This document shows, piece by piece, positions 20,185 to 29,077 of a stretch of DNA of 61,337 nucleotides. The notes under the pieces are model-generated. The model saw nothing but the letters and a program-made list of their open reading frames with translations. It did no database searches and was not told where the DNA came from. Source of the stretch: Bdellovibrionales bacterium (lineage in GTDB: Bacteria > Bdellovibrionota > Bdellovibrionia > Bdellovibrionales > JAGQZY01). The position numbers were made by a program, and so were the translations under genes. Where the stretch lies: contig JANPLN010000040.1 in assembly GCA_031426555.1 (NCBI GenBank), positions 1 through 61,337 on the forward strand, read 5' to 3'. Every line of letters starts with the position of its first letter. The first letter of the stretch is position 1.

Positions 20185-21462
20185 ATGCATCAATTTTTAA
20201 GTCTATCGATCGCGTTCGGTTTAATATTTCCCACGCAGGCTTTTGCCCAAACGGGAGCCCAGCGCTCCTGCAATGCGGAAACAACGCTGTCTCGAGTGCA
20301 AACAGCTGTGAATAAATTTATGTGTATGAATCTCTTTTACAACGGTCAGCGGCCCGTCACTGCTGCCACTGGCGCTGGAAGATTTCAGAAGGATAATTTC
20401 GACCGTTACACTGCAAACACTTACTGCGGCATGCTTCTGCTCGGCGGGACCGTGGCAGTGGCCGTCGGGGGCCTGGCCGGCAGTGCTGCAGCCCAAGGAT
20501 TGAGTCGCGAGGGAGAGACAAGGCGCAATCTGGCTCGAGGCGAGCTAGAAGATCGCGCTTTACGTAATAGGCTTCAAGCGTTGGAAGCACAGGTGAAAGT
20601 TGGCACGGAAAAAGATCGCATTGTAATTAGTGGGCGGACCAGCGAGATTCAGCGCATGCTGAGCAGAAATCACAACACACAGATGACGTATTACGATCGT
20701 CTGGGTACAATTCATAATCGCAGCATGCGTTTTTTAAGTCCGGCATCTTTCAAGGCCATGGGGGCGCTTGCTGCCGCAGGAATATTTATGGCGGGTTCGG
20801 TGATTCTTGATGCAAGCCCGGCCGGCTGTTCGGAAGTAATTCACATGTACACCGATTTTGGCCCCAACTGCGAATATCGACCTGTCTTAGGTACCAATAC
20901 GCGCCGATTTTTGGATATGCCCGTCGCCGAGCAAGATCGCATCATGGCCCAAGACCCTCGCATGTGCGAGAGGTACACAGAGCTTGCAGACAAGTTAGAA
21001 AGCGATTTGCTTTCAACCAATCCGCAGCCCGATTTTAGTGTGACCTCGTGCAGCCCGGCGGGTGAGGTGACGGGTGTGAACTTGGGTTTCGCAGCTGGTC
21101 CCTATCCAAACGGTGGTGGAAATTTTAGCATTACAACGCCTCGTACGGGATCGCTCAACATTGATTTGCCTGGGCCCGAAACAGACTATGAGCTTGATAT
21201 CAACGCCGATGGGTTTGGCGTAGATTCCATTTCCCGCTTGCGCGCAAAAATCCGCGGCGGCAAAGGAATCACGCGCTCTTTCACTTCGGCTCAACTCCTA
21301 GAAGAAGCAGCTAGCAAGGCTGACCGTCGCACGTACTTAGAGCGCAGTCTTCGGGCACTTCATGGCTTTGAGGCCATAAAAAGGGCGGTGGGAACAAACT
21401 GTGCGCAGTATTTGGCACAGCAAGAAGCGCCGGCTGCAGGCAAGGAAGACGTTGCCCAGTAG
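20185..21462 (+). CDS. Secreted hypothetical protein with two internal Gly/Ala-rich hydrophobic helices
   Basis: Signal peptide (AFA-Q), AGGGGG RBS, several Cys; no family recognised. Confidence 0.8.
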   Translation: MHQFLSLSIAFGLIFPTQAFAQTGAQRSCNAETTLSRVQTAVNKFMCMNLFYNGQRPVTAATGAGRFQKDNFDRYTANTYCGMLLLGGTVAVAVGGLAGSAAAQGLSREGETRRNLARGELEDRALRNRLQALEAQVKVGTEKDRIVISGRTSEIQRMLSRNHNTQMTYYDRLGTIHNRSMRFLSPASFKAMGALAAAGIFMAGSVILDASPAGCSEVIHMYTDFGPNCEYRPVLGTNTRRFLDMPVAEQDRIMAQDPRMCERYTELADKLESDLLSTNPQPDFSVTSCSPAGEVTGVNLGFAAGPYPNGGGNFSITTPRTGSLNIDLPGPETDYELDINADGFGVDSISRLRAKIRGGKGITRSFTSAQLLEEAASKADRRTYLERSLRALHGFEAIKRAVGTNCAQYLAQQEAPAAGKEDVAQ

Positions 21463-21541
21463 CGCGCTTTTGAACAAATGGCCGTCTTAGTTCACATGAG
21501 AGAGCTTGAAAAAGTCAGCTCCTTGCCATACAAATAAGCAC

Positions 21542-22375
21542 ATGGTCCGCCAGCAAGAACTTCCTATTCCGCGCGAAAAGCAGCCTGATCGCAACTCTTC
21601 CGTTGGCGGGAAAAGCTTTTACTTTTTCGATCTCGACGAAAACGTTTTTCATGTGGAATCGGCCCACTATGTTTTTAATAAATCTACCGGCGAGCGAAAA
21701 GAAGTTCCTGGAAAACTCTTTTGGGAAGAGATCGACCACATTGGCAAAAAAGGCATTTTAAAAGATTTCGAAATTCGTCCCGATGATCATATCGCGGGGA
21801 GTTTTCAGCGCTTTCGCGATGTGGAAGGGCAACCTCACCATCAACAACCATTCATCGAAGACTTAGAGCGCGCGCTTGATAGCGGAGAGTTCAAGGGACC
21901 ATCGTGGAACGAGTTTCACCATGCCGTTTCCAATCAACGATCCATGGCGGTGATTACAGCTCGCGGGCATCATCCCGAAACTATCAAGGCGGGGATTGAG
22001 CAATTTACCAAGCGCAAAATTTTGGACGGCAATCCAAACTACTTGTCAGTCCTTCCCGTGTCCCATCCTGATATTCAAAAAACCTTGGGCGGGGGCACCG
22101 TTCCCGAGCTCAAGCGCAAAGCCCTTCGCTATGTGGTGGAAGAGGCCTTCAAGCTTTACGGGTATAATGACTATCATCGTTTCGGAATGTCGGACGACGA
22201 TCCAAAGAACGTGCAAAAAATCATCGAAGAATTCACGCGTCTAAAAAAGGACTACCCAAAGGTTTCGTTTTTTGTGATCGAAACAACTCGCGGCCGCAGT
22301 AACAAATGGGAAGTGTTTGCTGATCACGCCGAAAAACAAGCACTTGCGAAAGGCGAACAGCTGAGCTTCTTTTAA
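21542..22375 (+). CDS. HAD-superfamily-like protein with C-terminal QLSFF motif
   Basis: FFDLDENV (DxD), ITARGH, K, GMSDDD motifs. Confidence 0.7.
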   Translation: MVRQQELPIPREKQPDRNSSVGGKSFYFFDLDENVFHVESAHYVFNKSTGERKEVPGKLFWEEIDHIGKKGILKDFEIRPDDHIAGSFQRFRDVEGQPHHQQPFIEDLERALDSGEFKGPSWNEFHHAVSNQRSMAVITARGHHPETIKAGIEQFTKRKILDGNPNYLSVLPVSHPDIQKTLGGGTVPELKRKALRYVVEEAFKLYGYNDYHRFGMSDDDPKNVQKIIEEFTRLKKDYPKVSFFVIETTRGRSNKWEVFADHAEKQALAKGEQLSFF

Positions 22376-22620
22376 GCACACAAAGCCTATGACTTGAGGC
22401 GTCCACTACCTCGACGATCGTCCTATCGGGGTGTTGCTGGCGCAATGCTACAAATATACCGACGAATGGTCATATTTGAGCCTCAGAAGTGTTTTCATTT
22501 CGTACCTTGAGCTGTTAATATAATGAACTGACGTGCGTCTGGTTTTCTCTAGTTGGCTGTATTCAAACGCGAAAAAAGCCGAAACGGACCTAAACGATTC
22601 ACAAAAAGGATGTGTCCATC

Positions 22621-24795
22621 ATGTTGTTCAAAAATATCGTCTCCCTCATTTTCGTAGGATTGGTTGCTGTGTCAACAATGGCGCAATTGGATGCCGAATC
22701 CTCACCCTTTAAAGCGCAGCTTTCATGTAACAACGTGAAAGACATTCAGCGCGGCTATTTACTGGCGCACATTCTGTATAACGAAAACTCGTCGATGCTC
22801 GAAAAGCGCACCATCGAACGCTATATCAAATGGCTCGACAACGCAAAAATGCTTTTCACCAAAACGGAAGTGGACAAAATTACCAAAGACATGACGGGGA
22901 TTTTTGCCGAGCTCGAAGCGCGTAAGTGTAAAAAACTTCACGACGTGCAGGCTATGTATCTTAAAAAATTAGCCGATCGTTCAGCCTTCGCTAAAAAAAC
23001 TCTGACCAAAGATTTTAAGCTGGATAAAAAAACAAAGCTTATTTTAGATTCGAAAAAACGTGAATACGCCAAAGACGAAAAAGAACTGCAAGAACTGCAA
23101 AAAAAGTATCTGCACTTTCAAGTGTCGAATTACATCCTGACGGACGAAAAACTTCCTGACGCTGTAGAAAAAATTAAAAAGAATTATGAGCGCGTTGTTA
23201 AAAAAATGACCGAGCGCAAAGATCAAGATATTTACACGGATTACCTCAATGCTTTTGGCCACGCTCTCGATTCGCACACATCTTACTTTTCAGCGGATTC
23301 TCTCGAAGACTTCGAAATTTCTATGCGCTTATCCCTGCAAGGGATCGGTGCCACACTATCTTCCGAAGACGGGTACACCGAAGTTGTGGACCTTGTTAAG
23401 GGCGGAGCCGCGCAGCGCTCGGGTTTGGTGAAGGAGAAGGATAAGATCATCGCCGTGGGCCAAGTGGACGCAAGCGGAAAAGAAAAAAGTATGGAAGACG
23501 TGATGGAGTGGGATCTTCGCGATGTGGTCAGCCGCATTCGTGGAAACAAAGGCACTAAGGTGCGCTTAAAACTTCTTCGTCGTGAAGAAGGCAAAGCCAC
23601 AACCATGACCGTCACCCTCACTCGCGACGAAGTAAAGCTCGAAGACGAAGCCGCCTCCATTAGCTATGTTGAAAAGAGCAACAACGGCGTCGCCCGCAAA
23701 GTGGGCGTGATTAATTTGCCATCGTTCTATGCAGACTCTCGCCGCGGTGGCCGTTCGTGCGCGAAAGACGTGGCAGCTCTTTTAGAAGACGCCAAAAAAC
23801 AAAAAGCCGACACCTTGGTTCTCGACGTATCCATGAACGGTGGGGGAAGCCTAAGTGATGCGGTGGATTTGGCCGGCTTGTTCTTCGGAACGGGCAACGT
23901 GGTTAAACAATCCAGTCGTCATCCGCAAATGAAAGCGTCGGCCCTGAAAGACACAGATTCCAATGTCAACTGGAGCGGACCGCTGGTGATTTTAACGAGC
24001 AGAATCAGCGCCTCGGCTTCGGAAATTTTAGCGGGAGCTTTAAAAGATTACGATCGCGCCGTTGTCGTGGGTGCGGATCATACGTTTGGCAAAGGGACGG
24101 TTCAGCAGGTGATTCCGCTGGCTCCTGGTTTAGGCGCTTTAAAAGTGACTATCGGGATGTTTTTTACGCCGGGTGGATTCTCCACTCAGCACCGTGGAGT
24201 GTCGTCGCACATCGTTTTTCCAAGTGAGTTTGAAGCCGACGAAGAAGAGTACGGCGAAAAAATGCTGGATTACTCGCTTCCGCCAAAACAAATCGATGCC
24301 TTTTTGTCGGATGGTGCCTATATCAAAGAGGGCGCAGGCAAATGGGAGAAAGTGGAGCCAAAGGTTGTAGAAACTCTTAAAAAACGCTCCTCTGAGCGCG
24401 TTGTAAAAGACAAAGAGTTTAACGACATCAAACAAAAAATCGCAAAACGCAAAGCGGAGTCTAAAGAGATCGTTCTCGAGGATTCATTCAAAGATCTCAA
24501 AGAGCGCAAGAGCGAAAGTGATAAAAAGAAAAATTGGACGGATGCCGAGAAAAAGGCTGACTATTTGAAGCGTGCTGATGTGAACGAAGCCATCAATGTG
24601 GCCGTGGACATCGTAGATTTACGCAATAAGATCCCATTAAAGGTCATCGCGGCCGCCGCAACGACGGCACCCGATCATCGTTTAATTCAGTCTGCAAAGA
24701 AGAAGGCGGGGACTGAAGAAGGATTGCCAGGCGATGGCCAACAGGACGAGCCCGGCGGAGCCATCATTCGTGATAAAAAATCGGGCAATCTGTAG
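22621..24795 (+). CDS. prc: Carboxy-terminal processing protease (S41, Prc/Tsp type)
   Basis: DSHTSY, PDZ (LQGIGA), NGGGSL, SASASEI, TFGKGTVQ catalytic Ser/Lys motifs. Confidence 0.92.
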   Translation: MLFKNIVSLIFVGLVAVSTMAQLDAESSPFKAQLSCNNVKDIQRGYLLAHILYNENSSMLEKRTIERYIKWLDNAKMLFTKTEVDKITKDMTGIFAELEARKCKKLHDVQAMYLKKLADRSAFAKKTLTKDFKLDKKTKLILDSKKREYAKDEKELQELQKKYLHFQVSNYILTDEKLPDAVEKIKKNYERVVKKMTERKDQDIYTDYLNAFGHALDSHTSYFSADSLEDFEISMRLSLQGIGATLSSEDGYTEVVDLVKGGAAQRSGLVKEKDKIIAVGQVDASGKEKSMEDVMEWDLRDVVSRIRGNKGTKVRLKLLRREEGKATTMTVTLTRDEVKLEDEAASISYVEKSNNGVARKVGVINLPSFYADSRRGGRSCAKDVAALLEDAKKQKADTLVLDVSMNGGGSLSDAVDLAGLFFGTGNVVKQSSRHPQMKASALKDTDSNVNWSGPLVILTSRISASASEILAGALKDYDRAVVVGADHTFGKGTVQQVIPLAPGLGALKVTIGMFFTPGGFSTQHRGVSSHIVFPSEFEADEEEYGEKMLDYSLPPKQIDAFLSDGAYIKEGAGKWEKVEPKVVETLKKRSSERVVKDKEFNDIKQKIAKRKAESKEIVLEDSFKDLKERKSESDKKKNWTDAEKKADYLKRADVNEAINVAVDIVDLRNKIPLKVIAAAATTAPDHRLIQSAKKKAGTEEGLPGDGQQDEPGGAIIRDKKSGNL

Positions 24796-24816
24796 AAGGA
24801 GCGCCCTTCCCTCAGC

Positions 24817-24845
24817 TTGACATTTTTTAAGGTCTCACCTAAGTT
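24817..24845 (+). promoter_or_regulatory. Putative sigma70 promoter
   Basis: TTGACA-N17-TAAGTT upstream of the E1 alpha gene. Confidence 0.5.
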
Positions 24846-24854
24846 TCAAACCCT

Positions 24855-25991
24855 ATGGGTGAGGCACGTTCAACAGCAAAAAAAGCGATTAAAAAACCAT
24901 CTTCGTGGACTCGTATGAAAGCAAAAAAGCTCTCACCGCAAAAAGCAAAAGCGCCATTGAAGGCCACCACCAAACAAACGTCGAAGCCATCCTCGAAAAC
25001 ATTACTTCTTCCCAAAGACACCATGATCAAAATGTACGACCTCATGGTGCGCTCACGCGTGCTCGAAGAGCGCATGATCCAAGTTTATCGCCGAGGCGAT
25101 GCTTACTTTTGGATTGGCGGGCCCGGCGAAGAAGCCTTTGGCGTGGCACTAGGCCTCCATGTGCGTAAAGGCCAAGGCCCCGATTACGACTTTTTGCATT
25201 TACACTATCGCTGCACACCCACATTGCTCGCTCTTGGCATGAAGGACGAAGATGCCTTGCGCTTGATCATGAACAAAGCCACCGATCCCTGCACAGGCGG
25301 TCGTAACTTTTCAAACCACTACTGCTTTCCTGAGTGGAACGTAGCCCCTGTGTCTTCGCCCATTGGGATCCAATACGGAATTGCCATCGGCACAGCCATC
25401 GCGCAAAAGCGTCGCAAAAGAAATGCGGTGAGCATTATCACTGGCGGTGATGCCGGATCTGCCGAAAGCGATTTCGCAAGCGGCCTGATTTGGTCCAGTC
25501 GCCCAGGCTCAGAGCTTCCAATGTATATTACTGTGCAAAACAACCGTTGGGGAATTTCTACAAACTACGAATCCCAGCACGGCGAAAAAAACGTTTCCGA
25601 TCGCGGCAAGGCCTTTGGCATTCGCACGGCCGTGTACAACGGCAACGATCCCATCGAATCCTATCTCGCCATTCAAAGCGATTTGGACTATATCCGCAAA
25701 ACGGGGAAGCCTGTGCTTTCAGAATTTAATGTTTCGCGCTTGTACGGTCACTCTTCCGCCTCGGGAGCCAATCGCATTAGCGACGAGCCTTGCTGCATAG
25801 AAACCTTCGAAAAAAAATTAGTAGATGGAAAAGTTCTTACCTCCAAAGAGTGCAAAATCATTAAAGACGAGCACTTCGAATCCATTCGGCAAAAATCCGA
25901 AATGATTCGCGAAGAGCCAGCGCCCAGTGCCGACACGCTTTGGGATCACGCCTACGCGAATAACGAAAATGCAGACTGGAGAAAGTTCTAA
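24855..25991 (+). CDS. TPP-dependent 2-oxoacid dehydrogenase E1 alpha subunit
   Basis: R..EERM, GEEA, GGDAG...NN TPP-binding region, RLYGHSS; coupled to the beta subunit; substrate not determinable. Confidence 0.9.
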   Translation: MGEARSTAKKAIKKPSSWTRMKAKKLSPQKAKAPLKATTKQTSKPSSKTLLLPKDTMIKMYDLMVRSRVLEERMIQVYRRGDAYFWIGGPGEEAFGVALGLHVRKGQGPDYDFLHLHYRCTPTLLALGMKDEDALRLIMNKATDPCTGGRNFSNHYCFPEWNVAPVSSPIGIQYGIAIGTAIAQKRRKRNAVSIITGGDAGSAESDFASGLIWSSRPGSELPMYITVQNNRWGISTNYESQHGEKNVSDRGKAFGIRTAVYNGNDPIESYLAIQSDLDYIRKTGKPVLSEFNVSRLYGHSSASGANRISDEPCCIETFEKKLVDGKVLTSKECKIIKDEHFESIRQKSEMIREEPAPSADTLWDHAYANNENADWRKF

Positions 25992-27043
25992 TGGCGAATA
26001 TGGCACAGGCCATCCGCATGGCACTGCATTACGCAGAAAAAAATCTAGAACTGAAAGACGTTTTTGGTCAAGATGTGGGCGAACCCCTCGGCGGTGTTTT
26101 CACTGCCACTCAAGGTTTATCTACCTCATGGAACACGCCGCTCGACGAGCGCGGAATTATTAGCACAGCCATCGGTTTGGCTTTAGCGGGCGACCGCGCC
26201 GTGGCCGAAATTCAATTTTGTGATTATATATTTAATACCATCGATTTACTAAAATATGCGGGTAATCTTCCGTGGTCTTGCAATGGCAACTATCAGTTGC
26301 CCATGGTTGTGATGACACCAGTGGGTGCAGGCATTCGCGGCTCTATCTATCACAGCCACAGTTTTGATGCATGGGCCACGCGTTTAGCGGGATGGAAAGT
26401 TGTAATGCCGTCCACACCTCTCGACGCCTATGGAATGTTGTTGTCTGCGATTCAAGATCCAAACCCAGTTTTATTTTTAAAGCCCAAAGCGCTGATGCGG
26501 GTTAAGGGCGAAGAACTTATCCCGGGAGAGCCTGCCGACGAGCGGGAGCTTAAAAACCGAATTGATGCGCCTCTCGGTGATCGCACCAAGTGGAAACCCA
26601 AATGGCCAGAGCTCGGTGAGTTTATGGTTCCTTTTGGCAAAGCCAAAGTGATCCAAGAAGGCACCGACGTTACCATCGTGACCTACGGCCGCCATGTGGG
26701 CTTGGCCAAAGAAGCCATTGATAAAATCAAAGACGAGTGCTCCGTGGAGCTCATTGATCTTCGTTCGCTTTATCCCTACGATTGGCAAGCCATTAAAGAA
26801 TCCGTTCTTAAAACCAAGCGTGTGATCTTTTTAAATGAGGACACCGAAGTGACAAACTTTGGCGAGCACTTGGCTTATCGAACCTCGCAGGAACTTTTTT
26901 ACCACATTTATGCACCGCCAAAAGTTCTCGCCGGAAAAAATCTGCCCGGTATTGGATTGCACGCGTCGCTCGAGGAAAGTTCAGTTCCGCAGGTGGAAGA
27001 CATTGTCCACGCTGTTCGTGAACTTCTCACTCAAGAACCCTAA
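25991..27043 (+). CDS. 2-oxoacid dehydrogenase E1 beta subunit
   Basis: GQDV..GGVF, NTPLDERGI, AEIQFCDY, HSHS, IDLRSLYP. Confidence 0.92.
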   Translation: MANMAQAIRMALHYAEKNLELKDVFGQDVGEPLGGVFTATQGLSTSWNTPLDERGIISTAIGLALAGDRAVAEIQFCDYIFNTIDLLKYAGNLPWSCNGNYQLPMVVMTPVGAGIRGSIYHSHSFDAWATRLAGWKVVMPSTPLDAYGMLLSAIQDPNPVLFLKPKALMRVKGEELIPGEPADERELKNRIDAPLGDRTKWKPKWPELGEFMVPFGKAKVIQEGTDVTIVTYGRHVGLAKEAIDKIKDECSVELIDLRSLYPYDWQAIKESVLKTKRVIFLNEDTEVTNFGEHLAYRTSQELFYHIYAPPKVLAGKNLPGIGLHASLEESSVPQVEDIVHAVRELLTQEP

Positions 27044-27070
27044 TTTTATAACGAGGCCAGCTGATAGCTT

Positions 27071-27853
27071 ATGAAGTTTGATAAATACGAATACTATTCA
27101 AATGCTGTACAATCCTGTGACAACGATGTTTTGTTTTTAAGAAAAGTGTACAAACACTTTTACGAAAAAACACCGACAGTGTTGCGCGAAGATTTTTGCG
27201 GAACTTTTCAAATGTGCGAAGAGTGGATCAAGCTTAACAAAAGTAACACGGCTTTTGGTGTGGATTTAGACGGCGAGCCCATTGAGTACGGCAAAAACCG
27301 CATGCTGAAAAACCTCAAGCCCGAGCAGCAAAATCGCATTCAAATTTTACGGCAGAATGTGCTCGAAGACGGCTTGCCGGCGGCTGATATCAATGTGGCC
27401 ATGAATTTTTCGTATTTTATTTTCAAGCAGCGCCAAGATATTAAAAAATACTTTCAGCAGGTTTATAAAACTCTGAAGCCGCAAGGTGTTTTCGTGATTG
27501 ATACTTTTGGTGGCACGGAAAGCTACGAATCCCACGAGGAAAAAACCAAGCATCCCAAATTCATTTATTATTGGGACCAAATCAATTTTGAGCCGCTCAC
27601 CAATGAAGCCCGGTTCGAAATTCACTTTCACCTCAAAGGCGAAAAACGCCGTCGCAAAAAAGTTTTTTCCTATGACTGGCGCCTATGGTCCATCGCCGAA
27701 CTTCGCGATATTTTAACCGAAGTGGGCTTTAAAGATGTCACCGTTTTCTGGGAAGGGACCACCCGCAAAGGCGAAGGCAACAACGACTTTAAGCCCGTAT
27801 TAAAGGGCGAAGAGTGCGCGTCGTGGATTGCCTACATCGCTTGTACTAATTGA
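27071..27853 (+). CDS. Class I SAM-dependent methyltransferase
   Basis: LREDFCGT motif I, GVDLD, LKPQGVFVID. Confidence 0.85.
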   Translation: MKFDKYEYYSNAVQSCDNDVLFLRKVYKHFYEKTPTVLREDFCGTFQMCEEWIKLNKSNTAFGVDLDGEPIEYGKNRMLKNLKPEQQNRIQILRQNVLEDGLPAADINVAMNFSYFIFKQRQDIKKYFQQVYKTLKPQGVFVIDTFGGTESYESHEEKTKHPKFIYYWDQINFEPLTNEARFEIHFHLKGEKRRRKKVFSYDWRLWSIAELRDILTEVGFKDVTVFWEGTTRKGEGNNDFKPVLKGEECASWIAYIACTN

Positions 27854-27918
27854 TCGGCTTGGCACATAGCAAATCTTTGGTCCTGGACACGTGCCCCTTC
27901 GCCCAACAAAATAAGAAA

Positions 27919-28695
27919 ATGATTCAATCGTTTCGAAAGGTCGTATCCTTTTTTTTATCTTTTATGTCTTTTCTCAGTCCTCTAAGTTTAGGAGCGGCTG
28001 AGTCTGAAAGACGCGTTGAGCTCGTTAAACTGACTGATCGTATTTATATCGCCGAAGATTATTTTTATTATCGAGAGAACTCTGCAGTTTATATCGGCGA
28101 CAAAAACGTCACTGTGATTTCGGCGACATGGAGTCCCGATGTGGCCAAGCTTTTGACTGACAAAATCCGCTTAGTCACGGATAAGCCAGTCAAAGCTGTT
28201 GTAAACACTCATTTTCACCTCGATCGAGTTGGCGGTAATCCGTATTTTAAGAAAATTGGCGCTAAGATCATCGCATCGAATATGACAACATCTCTAATGA
28301 AGGCAAATTGGGAATCAAGGGTCAAAGAAGCCCAAAAAGATTATCCGGATTATCCTTCCATTCCGTATACGACTCCGGATATTACTTTTGACAATAAGTA
28401 CGAACTCGAAAATGGAAAAATTCAAGTTCTCTATTTTGGACCATCGCATACTAAAGACAATGTCGTTGTATATTTTCCCGAGGAGAAGGTTTTATTTGGT
28501 GATTGTGTCTTGAAGGAAAAGCTTGGGTGGCTGGGTGATGCAGATGTGGCTGAGTATCCAAAGACGCTTGAGCGCATAAAAAAACTGAAAATAAAGACGA
28601 TAATCGCTGGGCACTGGTCTCCTGTTCATGGCCCCGAACTTATCGATCAGATGCTTGACCAGCTTAAGCAGAAAGAACAGAAAAACTTTAAATGA
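27919..28695 (+). CDS. Metallo-beta-lactamase, CphA/B2-like scaffold with His116
   Basis: Signal peptide; ENS.VY.G, ATWSPD, NTHFHLDR, GPSHT, GDCVLKEKLG, GHWSPVHGPELID are colinear with CphA motifs as I recall them. Confidence 0.88.
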   Translation: MIQSFRKVVSFFLSFMSFLSPLSLGAAESERRVELVKLTDRIYIAEDYFYYRENSAVYIGDKNVTVISATWSPDVAKLLTDKIRLVTDKPVKAVVNTHFHLDRVGGNPYFKKIGAKIIASNMTTSLMKANWESRVKEAQKDYPDYPSIPYTTPDITFDNKYELENGKIQVLYFGPSHTKDNVVVYFPEEKVLFGDCVLKEKLGWLGDADVAEYPKTLERIKKLKIKTIIAGHWSPVHGPELIDQMLDQLKQKEQKNFK

Positions 28696-28760
28696 ACTTT
28701 TCCGATGAAACCTTGTGAAAACTAAAAGTACGGATACAATTCTGGCATTTGATCTTTAGA

Positions 28761-28796
28761 AATAAAAAAGGCTCAGAAAACTGAGCCTTTTTTATT
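28761..28796. terminator. Bidirectional intrinsic terminator
   Basis: AATAAAAAAGGCTCAG-AAAA-CTGAGCCTTTTTTATT perfect 16-bp inverted repeat with A/T tracts on both sides. Confidence 0.9.
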
Positions 28797-28938
28797 AAAT
28801 CGTAGTAACAAGTTCAATTTTTTTGTGCAGAGAATATTTATCACGAAATGGGACAAGTCTCTCAGCCGAACATTCAAAAGGCAAATACTGATGCAAAGAA
28901 ACCAAGGCCGCAATGATAAGATAGAATACATTTTCCAA
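28795..28938 (-). CDS. Putative 47-aa small protein (absent from the ORF track)
   Basis: AGGAGG 6 nt before TTG; MENVFYLIIAALVSLHQYLPFECSAERLVPFRDKYSLHKKIELVTTI; stop runs into the terminator. Confidence 0.6.
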   Translation of the reverse strand: MENVFYLIIAALVSLHQYLPFECSAERLVPFRDKYSLHKKIELVTTI

Positions 28939-29077
28939 GATCTGCCTCCTGAGATGCTATGCGCTCTATGTATAAAGAATGCGTTTTTAAGACAAGTTGT
29001 CTTGGAAAAAATGTAAAAGAGATACTCGTTAGGCTGACCTATTGCAGTTTCATTTGAACTGAGCTGGATCGTCTATT

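Noticed and set aside
27859..27875. sigma54 promoter for the metallo-beta-lactamase
   Set aside because: TGGCAC is present, but no GC at the required 10-nt spacing
28825..29016. 63-aa plus-strand ORF
   Set aside because: No RBS and starts just after a terminator; the antisense 47-aa ORF has much better signals
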